Below are positions 19,196-31,570 of a stretch of 64,000 nt of DNA, in pieces; positions within the stretch are counted from its first letter, which is position 1; each line of letters opens with the position of its first letter. The stretch covers positions 248,001-312,000 of the forward strand of contig NIVC01000690.1 in the NCBI GenBank assembly GCA_002269645.1, read 5' to 3'. The DNA comes from Macrostomum lignano. Taxonomy: Eukaryota. A model generated the notes under the pieces. That model saw only the letters and a list, made by a program, of their open reading frames with translations. It was not told the origin of the DNA and made no database searches. The position numbers were made by a program, and so were the translations under genes.

Positions 19196-22100
19196 ACTAT
19201 AGAGCTTGAGAAGGCTTTGGGTTTAGCAATGAAATTTGTTCTACTAAACTAAATATGGCTCATATTGCAGGTGTAATATATGCAAGAAAATTCTGGTATA
19301 CAAATGCTTTAGATAGTGTACATATGGCATACAAGAAGGAAATACAACTTTATAGCATAATCATTGGCTTACAACTTTTAATTATACATGCTCAAATTTG
19401 TGGCGCAGTGTACAAAAGTGTTGAAGTATGTGATAATTGCATAAATTATGCTAAACAATCTTTGCTATAATAAAGTTAATTTTAAACTTATGACAATAAA
19501 TTGATTTTTTAAATAATATACTTTAAGTTGCTAGTTACTAGTAAGTAATATACCTAAAACAATAATATATATAACTATTTTGTTTTACTAATTGTTTCCA
19601 TTTTTAAATAATATAGGTTTCATTTTGTAGCAATTTAGTGATGGATTGAATTATTTTTTGTATCAAAATTGAAATTGAAATTTTTGAGCTTAACAAATTT
19701 CTATATTTTTGCTAATCAAGCAAAAAAAGTTTTATACTTGCATCTACATGTATGAGCTTACAAGTTTTTAAAAATATCTTTAATAGTATTTGAGTCAGAA
19801 TACTTGAAATTATCAACTTAAAATATGAAATAGAAAATATAAAAAGTATAATATATTATACATTTGTACTTAGAATAAAAGGCATATTATACTTTATCAC
19901 TGTTTAATCTAGATATCTAGATATATCAATTTCATTAAGGCTTCAAAAGTCTTTATCTAATTAAAATCTATGCTGATAAGTTCAACTAATGAGCTCCCAT
20001 AGAGGTTGAGGTGGTTGCAGCACAAAGCCTGGAACAATGTGTGCCCCGCACAATCTTTTCTTGTAAAAAAGGTGATTCTTGCCTCCCCTGCTGAGTCTTT
20101 GAACCATGCTTCCTTTTGCTTCCTATATATTATCTTACTTATATAGCATGATCATGAATGTCTAATTGTTAAAATATAACCAAAATTTTGAAATGATTTT
20201 CAATGAATAGTGTCAAAATAAAAAAATTAAAACTGAAAATTTTTCAATGCAAAATACTGAAATTGAGATCAAATTTCAATCTATCATTATAACAATTATT
20301 TTCCATGTATCTATTGCTTGTTGCATTGGTTATGTGCTTTTAATTATATAATTTTTAATGAAATACAATTTATTAAAACATTTTATTAGTGTCATTTACT
20401 GGTATACACTTTACTAGATAGCCAAATACTTTCTGGCAAATGTGTGACACAATCTGCAATATAGAATATAGTATCTATAAATGATTAAAACACCTTTATG
20501 ATGCAATTGATGCAGTGACTCCAATAACAACAAAGAAATGCAAAAATCACTTTTCGTATGTTAATATAGCAACATGTAAGGTTGATAGTCGTTTCGTCTG
20601 CTGCTAGTTTGTCTGCAAAAATACAATGTATAGTCATTTTGTCTGCCACAAAATATTAAGATAAGTGCAACACCACCAGTACATATAATATTGAAAATAA
20701 ATATCTGTATATCTTAATAAGTTAATGAATTAATTACATTAAAAGCACAAATGTACAATCTGAAAAAATATTTTCCTAAGGGACCCATAGTATAGGCCTA
20801 CACATACACTAGGCCAAACTTTGTTTGTTATATGAATTTTGTCAGCTGAATATAATTGTTCATAATGAAAATGCATCATCATTGGATGGTGTCATAATAA
20901 TGCCATATTGCGGATCGTGTTATTTGTACGCCGGAAAGTATCTGGCTAATAGTAAAGTGTACGCCAATAAAGTACACAAATTAAGGGTTCTAGTAAATTG
21001 TACGCCAATAAAAATGCATGATTAACAAGCACAAAAACTATGAAAGAAGCATGCCAAGGCGCGCATAAAAAAATTACCATAAAAAAGTAAAATTGAAAAT
21101 GTACATCGTTTAAAAAACAAAATAATTAGTAAAACAAAGTTTTTACGTTTACTACTAGTTAAGGTACATTTTTTAAAAAGAACTTTAATATATTGTTTAA
21201 ATATTCAATTTATTGTCATAACTTAGCGAAGTAACTTTATTGACTATTTAGCGTAATTTACATAATGGTGTCGTACATCAATGCTTTTGTATGCTGCGCT
21301 AAAAGCTTGAACAAGTATAGTTAAGAATTGTAAGCAGATGATTGTGCTTGGAGGTTGTATTTCTTCTGGTTACGATAGATGTACGCCAGCCAAAGAATTT
21401 GTATGCCAGATGTAAGCCACTTAAAGGGTTTGTATGCCAGATATATGCCAGCTAAAGCATTTGTACGCCAGAATTTTCTGGCGTATATTACACCTTCCGC
21501 AATATGGTAATAATGCTCATAATAGCCAGCGAACTCTGTCTTGGCCTTCAATAATTTGTATTGATCTATATATATTATCTTTTTTTAACGGATATTTAAA
21601 ATTAATATCATATTTATTTAAAATATTGCAATAAACAAAATTACACTTAGAAAAACTGACATCACACTTCAACTTTTTTGCATGGCTTGCAATATTTAAT
21701 TGTGAAAAATAAGCTTTGCTAGCTATGTAGCTATACTGTAACTTTTCTTTGAAAAAAGTCATTTTGTCTGCCAGCAGACAAAATGACTGCACACCACATG
21801 TATAACAAATTTCTTGAGTATATCTTAGAAATTTCTAGTAATTATATGCCTACTTTCGACTATAATATGGCATATAGATTTTCTTTACTAAAAAAACTTG
21901 ATTTTATTTGAATATTCTGAATATTGCTTTTGTTATAAGCTATACAATAAAATTAGGTTATCACATTTAAAAGCAAAGCCACTAAGCATAATTAACATTA
22001 AAAAAGAATTATAAAACCTTTGTTAATTTAGGTATTTGTTAAAACTTTGTCTATTTATTAGAGTTTTTGATAGTGCTGATTCAAATTCAAGCTTAGTTTT

Positions 22101-24251
22101 ATGTAGTTTAAACCCAACTATAGGTAGCTTAAAGCGAACCATAGTGACATTGGAATTAATGGGTTTTAAGATGGCTAGGATAGAATCTTTGCATGGTAAT
22201 TTTAGAATGAAAGGTTGTGACACAAGTTTTTTACATTAAACCATGCAAGTTTTTTGCATTTGAATTTTCAAATAACTTCTTTAGGATTTTTCTGACAAAA
22301 TTGCAATCCTATTAAATTTCGAAACTGCAACTAATTTATCAACATGGCATAAGCTTGAACTTGATTGAAGTCCAAAAATAACTAAAAGTAAAACCACTCA
22401 TTATTCCTAAAAATACTTACTCTTGTGTTGCTTGATTTGATGCCATAGTTGCTGGTAAAATTTTTAAATAAACAATTTAAATTTCGATGACACTATAATT
22501 TACAAACAAAGATACAAATTTTCAAGAAACAAATGGAAAACTAGGTACTGCAAATTAGCGTGTGGGCGCCGATTGCGAAAAATTCTTTTTTTAGAAATAA
22601 GCTCTGTTGTCAGAATAACAAAGTGACTAATATAACTAGGAGTTATTAGTGAAGTTTAGGCACTATAAAGATGAAAGTGGTAATATTAAAAAAATCATAA
22701 CGATAACACTGCTAGACCTAGATTTCATAACACTGAAAAGATTAGCGTTATACTTTTATCACGCCAAAACTGCACCAAAATTTCACATTGACAGAAAACT
22801 CCAAGCATTCAAACAAGGACGACTGAAGTGATCTATATACCTACTTGATTAGTCCGTGTATTCAAATCTAGGAAACTGTCAGATGTGAAATTTATAGTCT
22901 TGAATAAAATTTTGGCTAATTTGATTTTTGACACCGTCATCGAAATTCAGATCTGGCGTGTGACAGTGTGGTTCGTAGAAGGCATGTATCATACGGTATT
23001 TCATTATTTCGCACACATACCGTACTACTTGTAATCCTTCATTCATTTTAACAATATTCTATACGTAATAATCCTACGCTTATGTTACTTTTATTATAGT
23101 TATTTGTCGCCTCGTGTATTTTCACGTGCATGCGCATTATATTAGTATTTCATGCGTATCATGTTATTTCGTAGAGTGGTTTCTATCTATGTACATGTAT
23201 TTACTTTGTAATATTCTAGCACGATATTTTATCGATTCGTTTATTGTAAATTGCACCTGGGGGTTTTCTTATTAGGCTTTCTCTTGTTTTGGGGATTAGC
23301 TAGTCGATCTCAATCTCAAAATCTCAAATTCTTGCCATTAAAGATATTTTGTGAGGGCGATTGCCTACTTATCAGTTGGTTTCCAAGACACTTCCTTTGC
23401 AATCTAGCCTTCTTTGATAGTGGCCAATTTGCTGGACGGCTTCCCTATTAGCTTCGTTTATCTTAACTTAAGCTAACCCATCCCAACCACAACATGCATG
23501 TAGTGCCAAAAATTCTTTTTGAGTCCCTAACTTCAGGGACGTAATTAGAGCTACCTTTTACATGAAAGTGAAAACATGTCCTAACTTTAGCCCCCCCTCT
23601 ATTTCAACACCAGTGTGCCATGTAGTGTCTTTGTTGCTTGAGTCCCCGATTCTAGGGACTTAAGAGCTTCCTCAAATTCATCTCAAATTTAGCCCCACGA
23701 TCCCAACCCCAGAGACTTAAGAGCTCCCCTTTAAAGTGATTCATCTTAACTTTAGTCCCACCACCCAACCCCAATCTCCACGTGGTGTCAAAACTTGTTT
23801 AAGTTCCAAACCCCCAGGGACTTAAGAGCTCCAGCCCCTGCATTGAAAAGTGAAAACATTCATCCTAACATTAGCCCCCACCACCCAGCCACAACGTGCT
23901 CTCTGTTTCTTAAGTCTCCAAATCCTTGCATGGACTTCACTTACGAGCTCTTTAAAAATGATAAAATATTCATATAAACTTTAGCCCCTACCACCCAACC
24001 ACAACGTGGACATGGCATGGAAAATCGATGTTGATGCTTGAGTCCTAAATTTCAGGTGGCCGTATGAATAAAGTGAGTAGTTGCTCAAACTCGGCGAGAT
24101 TCTAAAATCAGTATGAATAAAATGAGTGCGTCCTCCTGAGCAAGTGCTCAAAATCAATTTCCCAAGAGTTTGTGCTCTTTCCGTGAGCAAATGGTACGCG
24201 CACTCGTGCCAAGACTATTTACGCACGAAGGAACCTAGTGATAGATTCATT

Positions 24252-25086
24252 AGGCCGTATGAATAAAATGAGCAATTGCTCAGACTCGCACAAAATCTCA
24301 ACTCAGTATGAAAAAACGGAGCAGTGACTTCCGAGCAACAGCTCATGAGTTTTGACTTGAAAGTTGTTGCTCCGAGTGTCAGCGAAAAAATCCGGGGCTG
24401 AGCAAACTCTCCGGTCTGTATGAATAAACTCGGGCCATAGACAATCTTTTCTGAGCTGCAACTCACAAAATGTTGAGGCAGCCCTCTGCCTGCCTCAGCC
24501 ATCTACACTCTAGTGGTTGCTGTAACTAGCGCTTTCTAGTTGCTGATGTTCTTTGACTGAGTTCTTTGGCAGTATGGCTGAGTTCTTTGCTGCACGTGCT
24601 CCCGCTCGACGGAAGTTTTATCCGGAGCGCCGATCTTCCGACTTGACTAGAGACACGGAGTATGGTCGACTCTACCGATTTTCTCGCACCAACGTGCAGT
24701 ATCTGGCCACGCGCTTTCTGAACGGCAGCACAGAGACAAGAGGCGGTGCGCTGATGCCGGCTTGATTCGTGATTTGATGCAGACTTAACCGATTATAAAG
24801 AAGCCACAAGGGGAAAACAGAAAGAAGGATTCTACATAAAACACAAAGCATATACTCGTAGCATACTCTTAGAAAACAACATTTTGTCTATGGTTCAAAG
24901 TATCGCAATATTGGAGTTACAGCTCTGAGACCAAAAGTCTGAACTCTGACTAGGAGTCCCAACTTTATTCATACTGACCTTGAGCAGATGCTCCGACTCG
25001 GAGCAAAATCTCAGACCTGAGCAGTAGCTCAGTCTCAGCGTTTAAGCTTGAACTCGCAAGTTATTGCTCATTTTATTCATACGACC
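24252..25086 (+). mobile_element. PIF/Harbinger-type non-autonomous element (inner copy) with transposase 5' fragment
   Basis: TIRs ggccgtatgaataaaatgagcaa / ttgctcattttattcatacgacc, flanks tta/tat. ORF 24553-24765 RRKFY...DTEYGRLYRFSRTNVQYLA...TRGGAL resembles the HARBI1/Harbinger transposase N-terminus. Confidence 0.7.
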
Positions 25087-25231
25087 TATTGACTTATGGG
25101 CAAAGCATTCTTCTGGTTTTAGCTATAGCCATAGATAGATTGGAATTTACCGCACGCATAGACTATAAGAGGGATAAGTGAAATTTAGGTTTGGCCAGAA
25201 AGCAGAGACGAGAGAAGAAATACAACCGAAA

Positions 25232-25775
25232 ATGTCTGGAATCATTAGACTAATTGACTACTCTAAATTTCCGAATGAAATGATTTCGGGTCTTACGTCT
25301 ACGGAGATTGATCAGGCTTTGGCCTGGCAGGAAGTGATGGCACTGGTTGACGAGCAACTGGGTGTCGCTGACGATTTTACCGAAGATCTCGACGAGGTAA
25401 GCAACAAACTCTTCGAATTGTTACCGGAGATCGATGGACCTGGCCAGGAAGAATCTGCACTGACGCAGTTGGACGTAGATTTGCAGGAACTTGAAAAGAT
25501 CGACTGTGTTGAAGGGACAAAGCGACAAGAAGTTCTCTACTTGGGCCTCTTTCGGAAGTTTGTATCTGCATATCCGGCCATGAAGTTCGAAGAGACTTCC
25601 TGTACGAAGGAGGATCTGAATAACGCCCTGCGGTATTTCTACGGGACATTGAAGAGGCGTGATGGAAAGGCTTATGCTCCTGCGACACTCGTATGTATTC
25701 GAGCGGCGCTTTTCCGCTTCTTCATGCGGCAAAGAAGTTTCAACATCATTGCTGACCCAGAATTTTCACGCACCG
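25232..25775 (+). pseudogene. Crypton-like tyrosine recombinase N-terminal (core-binding) fragment, DUF3504/KIAA1958-QRICH1-like
   Basis: LNNALRYFYGTLKRRDGKAYAPATLVCIRAALFRFF...NIIADPEF matches the CryptonA/DUF3504 family pattern; the catalytic R-H-R-Y domain is absent. Confidence 0.7.
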
Positions 25776-26887
25776 GTCAGCAACTGCACATTTGGAAAGA
25801 TGTGAAAGACGCCGCAACTAACAGGTGTGTTCTTGATGTACTACGTTTGCCAATTGCCATAAAAACTTTGCTTTGTTTGTTGTTGCACTTTTTAATGTGC
25901 ACTTGTTCATCTATTGACTTAAACAAATTTAATAAGTTGAATACGTGCGGGAATTTACAGCACGGTGGTTGGAATCTACAGCACGGCTTGGGATTTACTG
26001 CACAGTCGCGTTATTGGTGAAGGATTGCTTTTTGGCCATAGACAATGAATAGTGTCAGCAATTTAAGAATGCTTGGCCATGTGTCAATGCTCGGTGACTG
26101 AGTAGTGACTCGCTTCAGTATGAATAAACTCTGGTCATAGACAAATTGTCTTGAGATCTTGCTCAGAAAAAGTTGAGTCTCCTCTGTAGTAGAATCACTG
26201 GTTGAGCAGCATCCAGCCACTGCTTTGAAAGTGAATCTTCGTGCCACTGCCTGCCACTGGCTACTTGTGTTATTCCAGATGGCCGAATTCATTCAGACAG
26301 AGTGCCTGCGGAGCGAAAACTATACACTGTATGAAGCGACACAGTATGGATGTGTATCGCGACGATGAGTATAAGCGGCTCTTTCGTTTCTCTAGTGAAA
26401 GCGTTGGATTTCTGGGATCTTGTCGTCGTCAGTTTCTAACGGGCCCATCTCTGTTGAATTCCTGTTGAAATCAAACTGACGCAAACCTAAGCTAAGTCAG
26501 TTTCTACTTGGAGACAGACGCTAGGACGAAAGATAAGGCGATTTATACTATACGACACACGAGAGATGCCGGGGACCGCTTTCTCTTCGTCTATGGCCAA
26601 GAGGTGCCAAGCAGTTACTCAGAATGAGGAGCAAATGCTCCGCATTTGAGAAATTTCTTTATTCACATGAACACTGAGCAACTGCTCCAGACCAGAGCAG
26701 TCGCTCGAGTTCGAGCTCTTGCACAATCTCAGAGTTTGAGGTGAAACTCGCCAGTTATTGCTCGCTTTATTCATATGGCCAAGTGAAATACTTTTAAATG
26801 TGGGTTTCGGCTCTCTGTCGAATCTGCGTCCGAATGCTCCAAGCTGAGGCAATAAGCGGCAAGCCCGACTCAGTGTTTTCCTGCGGT

Positions 26888-29800
26888 GTTATACCCTCTC
26901 TTATGATGTTACTCGTATATTTCAATCTAAGCCACTGATGACAATTCGCTGTATCATCTATCGTTTTGATCTATTATATTAACTGATCGTTTTTCGTCGC
27001 TACTAAAAAATATAATAAACTTGGCCAACTAAGCAAGCGAAAATATATCAGTTTAATTGCATATTGGACTGCGCTACTACTTGCATTTTTCTGTTCTCTG
27101 TTTCAACTGTTTGGTCTTGTTCTGCCAAGGACTGCTACGCTGCGCCAGATTAAATTCGTCTCATTTAAATAAAGGTCCCACCAAGACACTGAATTAATTA
27201 AGTTAACAATCCCAACTGGTTTATTACTGCATCTGGATTCTGCACTTCAAGGGCTACATCTACTCTACATTCTACAATATTGGTTTGGCTATTATCGGAA
27301 TTGACAACTGTTTAATTTGTCTTATTCAACTGAGTCTGCGATTGCATCTGTTCTACAGCTTGGCATCAGGTCTACACTAGGCCTACAGCTTGGCACCTAG
27401 GTCTACAACTTGGCATAAGATCAATCAAATCTATTTCCAGGTAAGCCCCTTTTTGCCTGCTACTAGGGACCGTCTGGCAGATTAGCCTTGCTTGTGGGTT
27501 GCATGCTTGTTCTAGAATTAGGATTTAGGCTATTTTTGGGGTTTTCTTAATTTCTCTGCCAGAAATTTCTTTTTTTGTATTTGTGTGCTTTTATATCTGC
27601 TTTCTTCATTTTCCTCTGCATCACTCTCTGTCTTGAGCATTATGTCAACTGAGGCTGGGGAGGAGGCTCTTAGTGCAGCTGATGATAGGGCCACACGAGC
27701 TCCAGGAGAAGTGAAATCTGGCGAATCAATGTCGGATTCACATGATTCACATGTGGGCCTAAATACAGATGAATCATCACATTCAACAAACCTCTTACTT
27801 GAAAATACACTAGCTTCTCTGCACCGCATGCTAGAGGACCACTAAGCAGTAAAGGAGCAGCAAGGTCAACTGGATAGTGCCCAACATTGTGTTGCTCCTA
27901 TGGCTAGTATGGTTCGGTTGTGGCCACCACCACCTTATTCAGCCAATATGAAGTTTGATGTTTTTTTGGCATACTAATTAGCTGCCCATCAGGTACCTCC
28001 TGAACAACAGTCAGCCATCTTACTTTCCCTCTTGTCGCCAGTGTCAAGAATTTTTCCTCAATATTGAGCTTGATAAAAAGGCATGTTCAAAGGCGCTTTA
28101 GGCACTGCGCAACCGCTATACTGATGTTAACCTTCAACAGAAAAGTTATATGGAGCTTGTAGCAGCCGTCCAAAATAGTACAGAGACTATCTTAGACTTC
28201 TATGACCGTCTAGTATCTTATTCTCACTCAGCAGGCATGTCAGTAAACCAGGCTGAGCCGCTGCTAAAAGCCAGGTTCTGTCATGGGCTGCGAAACAAGG
28301 CATTGGCCGAGAGACTGATTCTGTGGAGTCAAGAAACACTTGGAGTCTCCTCAGCTGATCTAGTCCAAAAAGCTAAAGGTATGGTGGGGGTGCAGGAGTT
28401 GTTGCATTCATTTCCAGCACCAACAGCAGGTGCAACTGCTAACTTCCGATCAGTTGACCCAGCTAAGGATGCTTTAGAGGCCAGGGTAGCTGAACTTGAA
28501 AACATATTGCATCAACAGCAGCAGGTCAGGAGTCACCAACAGGATTACCCACCGCCGACATTCCCAGCGGCCCTGACTTCAACCGCTGTAGGAATTGGTA
28601 ATCCAGCTTTTGTCAGGCAGGTGAACCAACAATCTAACCCTATGCAAAGCCAAAACCCCCATCTGCAAAGCCAAGAGCGTGCCACCGCTGCGGGAACACT
28701 GATCACCTGGTCGCTGACTGCCCATGTCCGCCAGCGAATCAGAACAGTGCCAGGAGGCCAAAAGTGGGCCAACATTCTATTAGTACCACATCAGAATTTG
28801 GGAGAATTGTTTCTTGGAATCAGAAATACGGGTTTATCCAGTTAGAACAACTACCAGAGAAGCTGTTTGTCCATCATAGCCAACTTTCGGGCTTGCTGCA
28901 CCAACTGGCAGAGCACCGCCAGATCATTGGCACTAGGGTGCAGTTCCGAAGTCAGGTTGCTCCAGGTCGTGAACATGACCAGGCCTGTTCTGTCACGCAG
29001 TGTCAGGATACTTCACAAGTGCAGTGTAGTCAGGTAAATCCAGTTGAGGACCAATCTTTCGAGTCTAGTTACTTTGTGCAGTTGGTAATCGGGGAGAGTA
29101 AAATAATGGCTTGTCTAGGCTCTGGCGCCAACGCGAGTGTTATAAGCCAGCAGGTGATGGAGCGCCTTGTCTCTGCGGATCCAATTAATAATATCTTCAC
29201 TTCAAGCCGAAAAAATACTACTGCCACAGCATTCAATGGCTCAACAACTCAGATACTGGGAGCGCTGAGGTGTGAAGTAACACTAGGGAAGCTAAGCAAG
29301 ACTCATGTCTTCCTTGTCACCCAAGAGTCGACAGCAGAGGATCTGCTCGAAATCGACTTCCTTCGAAGTTTCCAGGTTGTGATTGACTTCACCGAAGGCA
29401 GAGCCCTTGTTGCAGGTGAAGCTGTCCCACTAGTTGAAGGGGACAAGGGTATCTTCCGTCTCCGCCGTGTGGTAGCTGGGTGCACCACAGAATTACCACC
29501 ACAATCCGAAACTTTAGTACCAAGTCGGGTTTTATACAATGCTCCAAATTTTCAAGGAATCATTCAATGCAAAATCTTCAACACCGACACCGAGTGCCTA
29601 GTAGCCCGCTCTGTCGACATGTCAAACCAGTCAAACCATGTGCTGGTCCGATTACTTAACAGTAGTGACCGGCCAACCCAGATTGAGCGCGGACAGGAAA
29701 TAGTATCGTTCCAGGAACTAGGCCAAGAGTAGTACAAACAACACTCAATGAACAAGACTTCTCTATTGACAACGTTGACAATTTAAATAGCAAGATAGCT

Positions 29801-30312
29801 AAACTACTACATCCAGATCGGGATACTACAGAATGGTTAACAAAACAATTTCGCTTAGACCAGGCAAAACTCACAACAAAGCAGCTGGGTCAAACTCTCC
29901 GGTTATTGAATTATTTTATGGGACAAATCTCAGAGCGACACTGATCTGGGGCGAACTCGTCTTCACGAGATGCCTATTGAGCTCTCCTATTGACCGGGTT
30001 AGTGAGACTCCATCGAGTTCGAGATCGTCGGTGATTGTGCCGTCAGATGCTCTACCCCAATTGCCATTGACGGTGAAGCCGCTCCAGTTGACGTCCAGGA
30101 GGAAGAGGAGGCGGGGTCGGCAAGCGCTCAGACTGGTGAGGAAAGTCCTGGCGCTAGTACGGAGCCAGATACTACCGAATCGCCGTTGGCCGAAACCCCC
30201 CCCCCGAATCCTGTCACGTCGCATGATCAGGCGGATAGTGAGTCAGCGGCGTCTCCAGAACCTATGAGAACCAGGTCTGGGAGGGTGGTGCGCAAACCGA
30301 GTCGGTTCAGGG
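26888..30312 (+). mobile_element. Ty3/Gypsy LTR retrotransposon, internally deleted (gag-CCHC-cold-shock domain-protease-dUTPase-like fold; RT/RH/IN removed)
   Basis: Gag QNSTETILDFYDRL...RFCHGLR; knuckle CHRCGNTDHLVADC (28680-28721); protease LGSGANASVIS (catalytic D to G) and LLEIDFL; LPPQSETLV...LVARS...VLVRLLN; pre-RT DTDLGRT (~29935) joined directly to the acidic tail ending MRTRSGRVVRKPSRF. The left boundary (TGTTAT at 26888 as LTR start) is tentative. Confidence 0.8.
28800..28997 (+). other. Cold-shock domain within Gypsy gag-pro frame
   Basis: GRIVSWNQKYGFI (RNP1-like), LFVHHSQL (RNP2-like), GTRVQF...G...A.SV; same frame as the CCHC knuckle and protease. Confidence 0.75.
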
Positions 30313-31029
30313 TGTTCCTGTGCAGCTTATTTAGAAATTCCCCAGAGACCGTTTTTGCTCTTCCACTGCCGGCAAGACCTGCAAAGATTTGCCAATATAT
30401 ACCAAATAATTTTAAATCCCCAAATACTACAAATAGTGCTTACCTGCTTTGTGCTCTAAAGTTAGCACTAAAAAATAAATTTTAGAAATTTTTACTAGAA
30501 AAATGTCGAAATTACCCACTTATCAAAAATCGGCGGGCTCAACTGAGCCACCCAGCAAGCGCGCAAACAATCGTCAGTCCTCGGACTGGACTACTAAAAG
30601 TAGTGCTGCTGGCGGATCCTCTACGGCAATATCGAATGGTAGAGGCACAACAAGCCGTACGTCAGTGCCCCCGGCCCAAAGACGGCGCTCGTCCGCTGGT
30701 CCATCCAGCAAAACAACGCCGCCCATTGCACCATGCACATTAACACCAGGGTCGGACCACTCGTCGGCACCGAACTCTCCTGTGCTCACCAATCCAGCCG
30801 ATAGCGTACAACCGGAGGTTATTGAAATCCCGGCTGACTCTGACTCTAGCGGTACCAACACGGTTCTTTGAGGAGCCGGACCAGGTCACTGAGGACCAAG
30901 GCTCTGCAGAATCGGACGCTTCCAACAGTAACGACGCCGCTGATGATGTCGATGCGGACTCAGTGAGGTACCTCCAGAGTCCCATCGGCTTCCCTGTGCA
31001 CCCGGACCGAATCGGGGAAAATATCCAGC

Positions 31030-31570
31030 GCTACGGCGACGTCGTACTGGAGTACTATCCGAAGCTACTTGAATCTGTATCCAAACAGCTCTATGGCCGC
31101 CTAATAGCTGACCTACTGCCAAAGGCCGTCAGGCATCGGCCGCACAAGCAACGTAGGGTGGTATGGTACGGCCCCAGCTACTCGTACTCGGGCGTACCAT
31201 TAGAGCCCAACTAAAAGTGGCACCCGGCTGTCGAGGACCTGTGAGATTTCCTGGAGATCAACGCGGACCTCGGCATGCCAAAGTTTAATTCGTGCCTTAT
31301 AAATTTCTACGAATCAGCGGATGATAATATCCCGTACCACGCTGACAATGAGCCCGAGCTTGGCACCGATCCGTACATCGCCACAGTGTCGCTCGGGGCG
31401 GTACGAAACTTCCTGGTCCGGCAAAACAGTGACCACTGCATAATCGCGCGCTTTAGCACCGAGCCCGGCTCTGTCATCGTGATGGCTGGCGGGTGTCAGC
31501 GCAGGTGCCAGCACAGCGTCCCGTCTGTGGGCATGCAGGAGGGGGTGCGTATTTCACTCACCTTTCGAGT
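31030..31570 (+). pseudogene. AlkB (ALKBH2/3-like) 2OG-Fe(II) dioxygenase domain in LINE-A ORF1
   Basis: VVWYGPSYSYSG, NSCLINFY, YHAD (HxD), VSLG, QHSV (H), RISLTFR (R-x5-R); two in-frame stops at 31212 and 31242. Confidence 0.9.

Larger units (their letters stand above)
24058..26781. mobile_element. PIF/Harbinger-type element (outer copy) with nested copy and cargo
   Basis: TIRs ggccgtatgaataaagtgag (24058) / ctcgctttattcatatggcc (ending ~26781). A transposase N-terminal remnant MDVYRDDEYKRLFRFSSESVGFL lies at ~26345-26415. Confidence 0.6.

Noticed and set aside
19950-22430. Possible minus-strand exons (~20140-19960, ~22430-22023)
   Set aside because: No recognisable domain, in-frame stops, and splice partners not identifiable
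26888-27420. Precise Gypsy 5' LTR and PBS; matching 3' LTR
   Set aside because: Several candidate CA/TGG ends; no PPT or second LTR copy found after 30312 or after LINE-A
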